A stretch of DNA of 64,000 nt, from contig CAVTHO010000007.1 in the NCBI GenBank assembly GCA_963734545.1, positions 672,001 through 736,000 on the forward strand, given 5' to 3'. Under the pieces are notes generated by a model. That model was not told the origin of the DNA and made no database searches. It saw only the letters and a list, made by a program, of their open reading frames with translations. This document shows positions 43,514-53,121 of the stretch, piece by piece; within the stretch, counting starts at the first letter, position 1; every line of letters starts with the position of its first letter. The DNA is from an uncultured Spirochaetota bacterium. Lineage in GTDB: Bacteria > Spirochaetota > Spirochaetia > SZUA-6 > Fen-1364. The position numbers and the translations under genes are program-made.

Positions 43514-44227
43514 GTGGTCTTCCTTGTAGTGGAGAGCTCGCTCTCGGTGCGCGAGTCCCTGTGCCACGTTCTCCTCGCATTCGGGATCAGGGGCATCCCG
43601 GTTCCGAGCCGCCTCGCTGCCCTCGACGCCCTTTCTTCGGGTGATCAGATCGAGGGCGCGATAATCGACATCGACAACAGGGACGTCGAGGGTATTCAGC
43701 TCGTCGAAGAGCTCAAAAAGAACGAGCGCACGGCAGCCATCTCGGTCATCGTGCACACCGTACAATCCAGCAAGGGCTTCGTGATGCGGATGATCGAGCT
43801 GGGTGTCGTGGGATACCTCCTGAAGCCGTTCAGCGATTCGAATGCCAAGATCAAGCTCTCCGCGATCTTTTCGAAGATGGCCACGCACAACAGCCAGAGA
43901 AAACATATCCGGGTCAGGCCGGATCCGGGCGAGCTCGCGCGCGCGAGCTTTCGCGTCCCCAACTCGCCCCAGCTCGTTTCCGGCCGGATCGTCGATATCA
44001 GTCTCAGCGGGCTGGCCATTGAGTTGTTCAACCCGCCCGCGGCCGAGCTCCTTTCCCCGGGAACCTCGGTCAGCAGGCTGCAGTTCTCCCTCTCGGGGAA
44101 GGAGCTCTCCCCTTCGGGAAGCGTCGTGCTGTACAAAGCGAAAGTCCTCGCGCTGAGATTTGACATCATCAATCCCGCTGATAAAAAGGCCCTGGAACGC
44201 TATATTTTCAAGAGTATATCATCGTGA
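43514..44227 (+). CDS. Response regulator with REC and PilZ domains
   Basis: REC motifs IIDID, VHT, YLLKPF; PilZ motifs RKHIR (RxxxR) and DISLSG (DxSxxG); GGAGG RBS. Confidence 0.88.
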   Translation: MVFLVVESSLSVRESLCHVLLAFGIRGIPVPSRLAALDALSSGDQIEGAIIDIDNRDVEGIQLVEELKKNERTAAISVIVHTVQSSKGFVMRMIELGVVGYLLKPFSDSNAKIKLSAIFSKMATHNSQRKHIRVRPDPGELARASFRVPNSPQLVSGRIVDISLSGLAIELFNPPAAELLSPGTSVSRLQFSLSGKELSPSGSVVLYKAKVLALRFDIINPADKKALERYIFKSISS

Positions 44228-44258
44228 TAGCCTCGCGCAGTCAGAGGAGGAACCCGGC

Positions 44259-45390
44259 ATGATGAAAAGCACCCACGGGACTGTCAGGGCCGCTGCCCTG
44301 GGGCTTTTCCTGTTCATGTGCACCCCCGTGTTCCCCGCCAACATTGTGATTCCCACCATGGAGCTCATTACCCACGGCGTCAGCTCCGGGGGGTTGTTCA
44401 CTCTGCAGACCTACGGCAACATGGCCCTGGAAGTGCAGGGCGGGTACAAATTCGGGGGAAGCATTTCATTCGGGCTTCTCAACGAGCTGGACCTCGAAAA
44501 CGTCAGCATCCCCATCAAGTTTCTTTCGGCCAGCATGACCATCCGGGAAGCGTTCTCCCTGCCGCTGGACGTCGTCTATTTCGTGGGTCGAAACGATATA
44601 TTCGGGTCAGGAAGCGGATTTGCCGCTTTCGGCGCTCCGCCCATCATGACCCGGTACCGCGGTTTCCTGTACTTTCCGACTGATCCTCTCCTCCCCGGCG
44701 CCGATCTACGACGGGATCTACCAGGTGCAGGGCACCGGTGCGGAGCTGGCATTCACCCCCGTTGCCGGGACGTTCGGTGTCAATCTCTATCTCTACGAGG
44801 ATACGCACCAGGCATTCCCCGATCTCGGTTCCTACTCGGGGGACCTGAGGTTTCTTCTCAACTCGAGCGCCGTGAAGCTGGAGGGATTCGTGGGCGGGAC
44901 GGCAAGCCCCACCGCGCACAGAGGGATCTTCCGGGGAGGGCTCCTCTTCTACGCGGCGAACAACGATGTCGAGTTTCTTGCCCAGATCGGCATCCCCCGG
45001 TGGGACCCGAGCGTCGACTCGTCGCTGAACGTGAATCTCTTCTATCTCCTGTTCGAACCGCGCCTCCACCTCGGCCTGTTCAACATTGTGCCTACTTTCT
45101 TCTGGCACCCCGCGTATTACGATCAGACAGCGTATCCGACCGAGTCGGGTACCTTCGACGTGAACCTGAACCTCTATCTTGGCGACCAGACAAGCACGCC
45201 TTTGCAGGGCGGAATGGAAACAAATTTCCGTTTCCAATCCTCGGCGGGCGAAATGACGTTCAAGCTGTCTCCCTGGGTGGGTTTCAGCACCCCGGGCGTC
45301 CAGTGGACCATCAAGGTGAACACAAAGCTGTGGCCGTTCAAATGGAGTGACCTGCTGGACGGCTTCGTGGGCGTCCGCGCGGAGCTCTGA
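44259..45390 (+). CDS. Exported hypothetical protein, possible outer-membrane beta-barrel (frameshift near 44690)
   Basis: Signal peptide; amphipathic beta-strand pattern rich in aromatics and Gly; two ORFs join into one gene. Confidence 0.55.
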
Positions 45391-45406
45391 GCTTCCGGCC
45401 TGAACG

Positions 45407-45436
45407 AAAAGGGGCTCCCTCGCGGGAGCCCCTTTT
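45407..45436. terminator. Bidirectional intrinsic terminator
   Basis: AAAAGGGGCTCCC-TCGC-GGGAGCCCCTTTT between convergent genes. Confidence 0.9.
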
Positions 45437-45460
45437 GAATTTCTGACTGGTGAATATCGT

Positions 45461-46487
45461 CTACTGCGCCGGCTTCGTTGTCGCGTCCATCTTCTGCTGC
45501 TCGAGGAAGCGGAGGACCTGGATGTTCCCCAGGCGCTTGAGCTCGGCCAGACGCCGCGCCTCGTTGCGCTGCTGCAGGATGCCCCAGATCGCTTCGTCGT
45601 TGATGTCCCGCTCGGTGTCGATGATGGCCTTGTCGTAGGTGATCTTGATGTCCTGGACGTAGGTGACGAAGTCACCGCCTTCCTGCGCCGCGTCTCGATA
45701 CACGATGATTCCGACGATCTTCAGGTACGGCATGCCCTTCGGGTAGAGAGGGAACTTGCGCAGCTCGCGGTTCCTGACGTCCACGATGTAGTTGGGGTTG
45801 TCCCAGGTCAGGGTGCGCCAGCCGTCGAATGCCAGGTAGTCCATGAACATCGTCTGCTCGTTGCCGTCCTGGTCCGCGACGACAACACCGAGACCGTTGG
45901 GGAAGTTCGCGCCGTACACGGTGATGGAAAGGCTCTTCAGGACGCCGACGTTCTTCACGACGCCGTAGCCGTTGAACTTTTCACCCTTTCCCTTGTCCGC
46001 GTCCGCCACCACCATCTTGCCGGACGTGCAAGGAGTCCTTGTCCGCGTAGGCGGGGATGTCGAACGGCGGCTGGATCATGGCCCAGGAGTTGAACGGTTC
46101 CGTGGGGAAATGGATACGCACGCCCAGGATCTTCTTGCTGGCCATGTCCTTTCCGCCGAACGGCTTTGCCGTTGCGTTGGTCATGGCTTCCTTCGTCATG
46201 GTCACGCTCTGGTTGGCGACCGACCGGGCGGAGGATGCAAGCACCACCTGCCAGTTGTTCAGGGCAAGGGAGGACTTCATCGCGGCCTTGTCCTGTTCGG
46301 AGACCGAGGCTCCCGCGACATTGCTGTAGTCCACCAGCGTTGCCGCGTTCTCCGTCGGGGTCTTGTTTGCACCCATGACCTGATCTGCGCCCAGCTTGGT
46401 GAAATCGATGAGCACGGATTGGTCGGCAAAAAGTGCTGTTCCGCCGAGAAGAAGCCCAACGACAACAAAAACGAACAGCCGTTTCAT
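45461..46487 (-). CDS. flaA: Flagellar filament outer layer (sheath) protein FlaA (frameshift near 46020)
   Basis: Signal peptide, VLIDFTKL, NWQVVLASSAR, LGVRIHFP, PPFDIPAY, GYGVVKNVG, FDGWRTLTWDNPNY, YDKA. Confidence 0.92.
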
Positions 46488-46532
46488 GCATTGCTCCTTT
46501 CGCTGCTAAATCCTTTCGGAGTTACATTCACA

Positions 46533-46560
46533 AGTATAGCGACAGGTCGCCTTTTGTCAA
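46533..46560 (-). promoter_or_regulatory. sigma70 promoter of flaA
   Basis: TTGACA-16 nt-TATACT; palindrome GCGAC-CT-GTCGC in the spacer; AAGGAG RBS. Confidence 0.7.
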
Positions 46561-47066
46561 ATATTTTTCTTTTCCGGGAACCGCGGCAATTGTCCATCGA
46601 TAAAGAAGACGATCTGGCGCACGCGGGGGAAATTGAACCGTATGGAGCGGGCAAGGGCGGCGAGCGCGTCCTCTCCCTTGAGCGGAACCTCCGGGTCATC
46701 CACGAGAAGCCGGGGGGAGAGATCGATGTACAGCGTCCTGCCGTGAACCAGGGAGGAGAGCACGGAGCCTCCCCGCGGGAAGATTCGGAGCGCGTCGTGC
46801 CGCGTCGGCCCCAGGAGTACTCCTTCTGCGAGCTCGGCGACGTCCTGTTCCAGGATGCGGTGCCGCGGGAGGAGGCGCTCTTCCGCGACCATTCCTCTGC
46901 CCGTCTGCGCCGGGAAAAAGAGCACGCGCACTGCTTTCCCGTTCCCTGCCAGGAGGAAGAGGAGCAGGGAGAAGAAAAGGACCCCCAGAAATGCCGCTCC
47001 GAGGACCAGGGGCCGGCCCCGAAGCCGCGTGCGGAGTATGAAATCCAGTCTATCGAGCACCTGCAC
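46557..47066 (-). CDS. GerMN-domain membrane-anchored protein
   Basis: TM helix, VLFFP, EERLLP, LLGP, LYIDLS, IVFFIDG; follows the amidase. Confidence 0.7.
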   Translation of the reverse strand: MQVLDRLDFILRTRLRGRPLVLGAAFLGVLFFSLLLFLLAGNGKAVRVLFFPAQTGRGMVAEERLLPRHRILEQDVAELAEGVLLGPTRHDALRIFPRGGSVLSSLVHGRTLYIDLSPRLLVDDPEVPLKGEDALAALARSIRFNFPRVRQIVFFIDGQLPRFPEKKNI

Positions 47067-48097
47067 TCCCGTCTTGTTCGAATCGCCCTATGAACGCCTG
47101 CACGCCACTGTACATACCCTGCGGCGAGGTCTTTCAAGTATCCGTCATCGGACAGGCGCGCCGCTTCGTCGGGATTGCTGACGAACCCCACCTCCACGAG
47201 GACGGCCGGCATCCGCGCGTTGCGCACCACGTACCAGTCGTTCTGGCGCAGCCCCCGGTCGGCGCTGAGCCGTCCCACCTTCCCATTGAGCCCGGAAAGG
47301 ATCTCCTGCGCCAGAACGGTGCTCTCCAGCGAGATTTCCTCCTCGAGCATGCCGTTGAGTATCGGCAGTATTTCGTGGTTTTCCTTCCCGGCGCTGTTCT
47401 CGTCGAGGAGTGTCCGCTTGTACTCGGGCGGGAGGCACCACACCTCGAATCCTGATGCGTTCTTGTTGAAGGGCGAGGTATTTGCATGGATGGAGATGTA
47501 CAGAACCGTGTCCTTTGATTTCTCGAGGAGCGAGTTCGCGACGACGACCCGGTCCTCGAGGGAGACAAACGAATCGGCGGTACGCGTGAAAAGTATCTCC
47601 TTGTCCGGATACGTGTTCTTCAACATTTCAGAAAGCATGCGGGCGACGCTCAAAGTCACGTCCTTCTCCATGACCGTGACGCGCCGCTTGCCCACCACGA
47701 CACTGCCGACCGCGCCGCCGTCCTTTCCGCCATGTCCCGGATCAATCAGGATGGCCGCCACGCGAAGGTGATTCCCCGCATGAGCGAGCCGGTCTCTCTG
47801 TACCGCCTCGCTCAACGCCGTGACCGACGCGGCAGTGAGCCAGACCGCGCCTTTCTTCCGCTGGGGCGCGTCGATACTCACCTTCATCCGGTAGTTGATG
47901 ACGGCCAGATCAATCCCGACCCCCAGGGCTATCCTGTCGGCTCCGAAGGAGATGATGCCGACATCGCGGAGCGGGTCCCACTCGAGCACACCCCCCAGGT
48001 CCCCCGCGAGCGACAGGAGATCCTTCTCCTGGGCCGCAGAGGTCGCGGCAAGCAGCACGATGAGAATGGCGCCCGCCAGTACACGTGCCTTCCTCAT
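47050..48097 (-). CDS. N-acetylmuramoyl-L-alanine amidase (Amidase_3; C-terminal frameshift near 47115)
   Basis: IDPGHGGKDGG, EKDVTL, YISIHAN, MPAVLVEVGFVSN. Confidence 0.92.
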
Positions 48098-49695
48098 AGC
48101 TCTGCAAGGAACTCCATGAGCCGCCCCCGGCTCGCCGCGAGCCGAACGCTGTCCAGCAGGTAGACCGCGCCCTGGACGCTTCCCCGAATCATTGCTTTCC
48201 AGAAAAGGCCCGAGAGAACGAACATATTGTCTGGCCGGCCGGTGCGCAGCGCCGCCTCGCCATGGAGGAAAGCAAGGCGGACCGCCTCCGCGAGCCGGAT
48301 GCCGTGCCAGTCCCTCGCCTCGCTCCGCTCGAAGCCCGGAACCGGCTGCACGGGAAGGGCCTTCCGGAAGGCCACGTGCCCGGGATCCCCGCTGAAGGGA
48401 GGCATCCTGTCGACCGCGGAGAGCAGGTCGACGGACGCCGCTCCGTAGGCGCTGTGACCGGATTCATGAAACAGAAATCGCGTCGTTGTTCCATTGAGCG
48501 GCCGGAGGCGGATGCCGATGGCGGCGATGCCACGCTCGGCAGCATCGACGGCCTCCCGACGGGTGTCGGCTGCCGCGATCACATTGCCGCACTTCTCGAC
48601 ATTGTTCGAAGGAAATACAACCTCACTGCCCGGCGCAACCCGGCTAAAGACCTCGGCCACGCCGGCGGATCTTTTCGCGTCCTCCACTCCCCATACCTGC
48701 TCCACCGTGCCGGGGATCGAGATGAATGCCCGCTCGGCGCAGGTGCGGTGGTGCCGCGGAGCGAGGTCCCCGGGAGGAAGACCGACGGCAATATTCATGG
48801 CCGCCTCCGTGACCTCGATCCCGGAGGAAAGGGGAAATGTCCATCCCGACATGTACCCGCCGGAGAGTCGGGCCGCGATCTCCCCGATCATGGGGCCGCG
48901 GGGGGTCATCTTGATGTCGCCCTTTGCCGCCCCATTGTCGATTCCGATGGCACGGATACCGGCGCGGAAGACCTCCTCCGCCTTCCGTACCACGGCCTCG
49001 TCAAGGTCTGTGGGCATTGTATGGCCCATCTCCACAAAGCTGGGGGGAAAAAAGATATGCCTGTCCGCGACACCGCACACGGTGATCCCGCCGCGATATA
49101 CAACCGCGTCGAGGCTCAGCTCTCTTCCCTCCATGAACTGCTCGACGATGACCCGTGAGGAGCGCGAAAGCCGGAGCGCTGCCCGGCAGGCGTCGGCCAG
49201 GCCCGCTTCATCGTCCACCCGGATCACCCCCCGCGAACCCATGTTGTCCACGGGTTTCACCACCAGCGGGAAAGTCATGCCTGAATCCAGAGCAGCTGCC
49301 GGATCGCCTTCACCCGTCCAGGCAGCGAAGCGAGGGCTGGGCACACCTGCCTTCATGAAGGCTTCACGCATCAGAGACTTGTCGGTCGCGCGCATGGCAA
49401 CGGCGTAGGGCATGCCGGGAAGGCCCATTTTTTCCGCCACCCACGCGACCGAAGAAGAAAAATCCGTGCCGGCCGTGAAGACGCCGTCCAGCGGGGTGTT
49501 CTCCGCGCAGCCGCGCGCCACCGTCAGGAGGCCTTCCCTGTCCTTGAGGTCCACGACCTCGAATCGGTCGGCCAGCTCCCTGGCCATCGCATGCGGATTG
49601 CCGTCCGCAACGATCACCCGCCAGCCCTTGCTTTTTGCAATGCGGATTGCGGGAACCTGCATGAGGCCCGCGCCGAGTATGAGGATGGTCTTCAC
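48094..49695 (-). CDS. ATP-grasp domain ligase
   Basis: LGAGLMQ, DKSLMR, VVKPVDNMGSRGV, EQFMEG, EIAARLSGG; C-terminal extension. Confidence 0.88.
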   Translation of the reverse strand: MKTILILGAGLMQVPAIRIAKSKGWRVIVADGNPHAMARELADRFEVVDLKDREGLLTVARGCAENTPLDGVFTAGTDFSSSVAWVAEKMGLPGMPYAVAMRATDKSLMREAFMKAGVPSPRFAAWTGEGDPAAALDSGMTFPLVVKPVDNMGSRGVIRVDDEAGLADACRAALRLSRSSRVIVEQFMEGRELSLDAVVYRGGITVCGVADRHIFFPPSFVEMGHTMPTDLDEAVVRKAEEVFRAGIRAIGIDNGAAKGDIKMTPRGPMIGEIAARLSGGYMSGWTFPLSSGIEVTEAAMNIAVGLPPGDLAPRHHRTCAERAFISIPGTVEQVWGVEDAKRSAGVAEVFSRVAPGSEVVFPSNNVEKCGNVIAAADTRREAVDAAERGIAAIGIRLRPLNGTTTRFLFHESGHSAYGAASVDLLSAVDRMPPFSGDPGHVAFRKALPVQPVPGFERSEARDWHGIRLAEAVRLAFLHGEAALRTGRPDNMFVLSGLFWKAMIRGSVQGAVYLLDSVRLAASRGRLMEFLAEL

Positions 49696-51473
49696 TCACT
49701 CTCCCCTTACCGCGTAGGCCTCGAAAGTGTCCCCCCATCCCAGCAGCCTGCTCGCGGCGTGCACGAGCGCGAAAGCGCCGCCCGACTTGTCCGCCATGCG
49801 GCCGATCCATCCCGGGAACCTTTCCGGATGGTGTCCTGTCACGCGTATCCGCCTCAGCTCCAGGCCGTATCCGGAAAGCAGCTTCCTCAGTCCCCGGGGA
49901 GAAAGTATCGTGAAATGATCGGCGGGACTGTTCAGAAGAAAGTCCCGCATTTTCCTTCGTGCGGATATCCCCCTCCCGTTGGGAGTGGAGAAGGCCAATA
50001 CCCCGCCGGGCGGAAGAAGAGCGGCCGCCTTGCGGATCGCCAGCTCGGTCTGCTGAAAATGCTCGATCACGTACCAAAACGTCACCGCTGAAACCCGGTG
50101 CGGAAGAGCTTTTCTTTCCATGTTCTCGAATGCCGCGCAGACAGCGGGGATACCCAGCTTCTTCCTCACGTATGTGACAGCTCCCGGAGAGACGTCCACT
50201 CCATACCCGGGCATCGCCGCTTCCTTCAGGGCATCCAGGAAAGGCCCGTAGGCGCACCCCACGTCAACCACCACGCCCTCGGATTGCTCCCCCAGCAGCT
50301 CACGGATGATCCGGACCCGGGCCGGGATGCCGCTTTGATTGAATCGAAGTCCTGCAGATAGGTGCGTCCGTACTGCGCGCGATAGTCCGTAAAGAAGTAT
50401 CGCTTGTCGTACGCTTTCTCTTCTGCCGCAAAGCTCTCCAGGTAGGCCGTGCCGCACTTCCTGCATCGCCGATAGGTCCTGTCAGGAAAGCGGGCAATGA
50501 CCCTGTTGCCCGAAGTGCCGCACAGGGGGCATCGCGGGGATCCTCGCCGGGCAAGGGATCCCAGGAGCTTTGCGAGAGACTGTCCGCGGTTCCTGGGCAG
50601 GAAAGCGTTGAGGCTCTCCACGGGCGCCTGCAGCCTCCCCGGTGCAAGAAGCAGGCCGCGCAAAGCGTGCAGGTCAGGAGAACGAACCCCGATTCGCGGC
50701 ATGCCCACGGCGGCAGCAAGTCGTCCGTGGTAGCGGCTCGGGTTGAGCAGAATCGTGGGAATGCCGATCGCCAATGCGTCGAATGCGGTGGTCCCAAAAT
50801 GGGTAAACAGGAGGTCATAGTCGGGGAGCAGGGCGCAGAGGTCAGGGACGCCCTTGAGCACCGCAACGCCCTCCGGCCATTCGTGCGTGGAGAAGAGGGG
50901 GCCCTCAACCACGGTCAGTTGTGAGGGAGCAAACACTTTCTCACGGATGAGAGCATTGAGGAGCTTCCCGCTCAATCGAGCGCGGTCCTCGCCCCCGAAG
51001 CTCACCAGTACTTTTCTTACAGGAAGGCCGGCGCGCTTTCGCGCCCGCGCGGGAAGCTGGAGGTAGGCCAGGGACGAAAGGTTCGGCTGGAATGAGTCGG
51101 GTACCCGGGGAAAGGCGTCCACCAGAAAGGAAGCATGGTCCCTCGCCTCCCCCCCCTCGTCCAGGCACACGACCAGGCCATGCTCCATCAGGGCGTCCAC
51201 CTCGCCGCGTGAGGTCCGGCGCGCATCGATGAGCACGAGGTCCCAGCGCGTGCCGGAGCCGGGTTTCGCGATTGCCGCCGGGCGCCTGCGCTTTGGAAAC
51301 CTCAGGATCTCGCGGGCGAGATATGCGCGGGCCGCGGGATCCAGGCGCGCGGTCAGGAACGTCACAGGTCCTTCGAGCGTTCTCGCCAGCCGGAGGCACC
51401 GGGCAAGATGCCCCACGCCTTCTCCCGCTCCCGCAGCCGGAACGAGCAGGTAGGCGCGATTCCTTTTACCCAT
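49696..51473 (-). CDS. SpsG/PseG-like GT-B domain fused to Zn-ribbon and class I SAM methyltransferase (frameshift near 50320)
   Basis: GVGHLARC, VSFGGED, GTTAFDALAIGIP; CPLC...CRKC; VDVGCAYG, YVIEH, STPN. Confidence 0.8.
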
Positions 51474-52155
51474 GGCGCCCGCCCCCGGCCTGCCGCGCAA
51501 GCCAGTCGACGACCTCATCCGCCTCGAGAGGTCTGTCGACGTACAGCGCTTCAAAGATCGATTTGACCCGGTCAAAGTCATCAGGCGTGTCGACGGAAAC
51601 GTGGGCCTCGGCCAGCCTCGCGCGGGCCGGTGCCATGGGCTCGAGGATTGCAAACCGCTCAGGGTGGCGGTAGAGAAAGGTCGTCATGTGCTCTCGCTCG
51701 TCCGGTGCCTTTGCGTCCTTTTCCGCCGCATAGAGGGCGTCGGCCTCGACAACCTCGACGCCCGTGCCCAGCGGGCAGCCGAGGTAGTGGCTCAGGTCCG
51801 CGCGGGCACCTGCATGGATGCCGAGAATCTCCCGGGCCAGGGACGCGGAGGTGAGCGGATTGTCTCCTGTCGCGCGCACGACGCGGCTCACCGCGTACTC
51901 CCGGCAGGCCATGCAGTAGCGCGCAAGCACGTCCTGCGCGGGACCGATGAAAAGGGCGTAGCCTTCGCCATCCGCAAACGGAATGAGCTCCTTCGCGCTG
52001 GCCTCGTCCGTGAGCAGCGCGCGTACGTCAGCGGGCACGCTGACCAGCGACCTCATGACGTGCTGGATGATGTTTCCACCGGGGAGCGGCAGGGTGGCCT
52101 TCCGCGGAAGCCGGGTCGAGCCGAGCCTCACCTGGACGAATATCCCCGTGCGCAC
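51466..52155 (-). CDS. SpsF-like cytidylyltransferase (KdsB/NeuA superfamily)
   Basis: QVRLGSTRLPRK, DVLARY, RATGDNP, EREHMT, SVDTPDD. Confidence 0.88.
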   Translation of the reverse strand: MRTGIFVQVRLGSTRLPRKATLPLPGGNIIQHVMRSLVSVPADVRALLTDEASAKELIPFADGEGYALFIGPAQDVLARYCMACREYAVSRVVRATGDNPLTSASLAREILGIHAGARADLSHYLGCPLGTGVEVVEADALYAAEKDAKAPDEREHMTTFLYRHPERFAILEPMAPARARLAEAHVSVDTPDDFDRVKSIFEALYVDRPLEADEVVDWLARQAGGGRHG

Positions 52156-53121
52156 TCAGAGAACCTCCCATCTCTCGACGACGTCCCGCGAGTCCCTCCG
52201 GAACCTGAATCGGTGCGTGTGCACCCATCCGCGGACGGCCTGGAACTCCCGGAGAGCGTACAGGGGGCCGGTATCGGAGTGCACGATGTAGTCGAGCACC
52301 CTCCTGGCAGGCAGAACTCCCATCTCCCTGCGCAGGCGGACAGCCATGTTCTTGAGCCAGAAAAGCTTGTACCCGCGGTCAGGAGTCGTGTTCTCTTCGG
52401 GAGGCGCGCCCGTGTACGTGAGGGCGATTCCCGTCGTGCCGCGCACGCTGTCCCCCCACAGGAAGCAGCGGAACCCGAAGTCGAGCTTCTGCCAGTAGGG
52501 GTTGGCGATGCCGGGGTCGAAGCCGCCGGACTGGGCGAACTTCTCCCGGTTGTAGACGCCGCAATAGTCGAAGGGAAAGAGGGTGTGCTCCCCGTCACGA
52601 CGAGGTGATCGGTAGGAAAGGGAGAGCCGGCGCCTCTTCCAGACGGGCGATTGCCAGGACGGGATAGGCTCGAGCCGGGTATTGCGCGCAACAGGGACCG
52701 TGCAGACGGCCCCGGATTTTTCGATGGGTGCGAGAAGGGACGGAGAAAAGACGGAGAGGCGCGTGTCGCTCCAGAGACTCAGGACGACCGGCGCGCGCGA
52801 CTCCTCGATCCCGATATTGAGCATTTCCCCGACCGTGCTCGGCGCCTTGATCAGGAGAAAACGCACGTCGGGAAAATCACGCGAGAGGGCATCCACGTCG
52901 GCCGACGGCTCGAAGCGCTCCACCCAGAGGATTTCGCCGATTCCGCGGGACTGGAGGTCCTTGAGAAGCTCGGTTCGGAAGAGCCTGTCCCCGCGGCTCA
53001 ATACCAGGAGGGTGAGAGGGAACGAGTAGCGTCTGACCCTGTCCCAGCGGGGGCCCCCGATCACCGTGTAGGGTATTCGCGCATCGCGCAATGCCTCAGA
53101 AATTGTACGTGTAGTATTCAT
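52156..53121 (-). CDS. Glycosyltransferase-like (GT-A fold) hypothetical protein
   Basis: GEMLNIG, SGGFD...YWQKLDFGFR resembling a GT2 C-terminal motif; DxD not evident. Confidence 0.55.
   Translation of the reverse strand: MNTTRTISEALRDARIPYTVIGGPRWDRVRRYSFPLTLLVLSRGDRLFRTELLKDLQSRGIGEILWVERFEPSADVDALSRDFPDVRFLLIKAPSTVGEMLNIGIEESRAPVVLSLWSDTRLSVFSPSLLAPIEKSGAVCTVPVARNTRLEPIPSWQSPVWKRRRLSLSYRSPRRDGEHTLFPFDYCGVYNREKFAQSGGFDPGIANPYWQKLDFGFRCFLWGDSVRGTTGIALTYTGAPPEENTTPDRGYKLFWLKNMAVRLRREMGVLPARRVLDYIVHSDTGPLYALREFQAVRGWVHTHRFRFRRDSRDVVERWEVL

Noticed and set aside
46484-48097. 537-aa amidase ORF as a fusion protein extending to flaA
   Set aside because: The read-through comes from an indel near 47115; the alternative frame stops at 47050 and a separate GerMN gene occupies the remainder.
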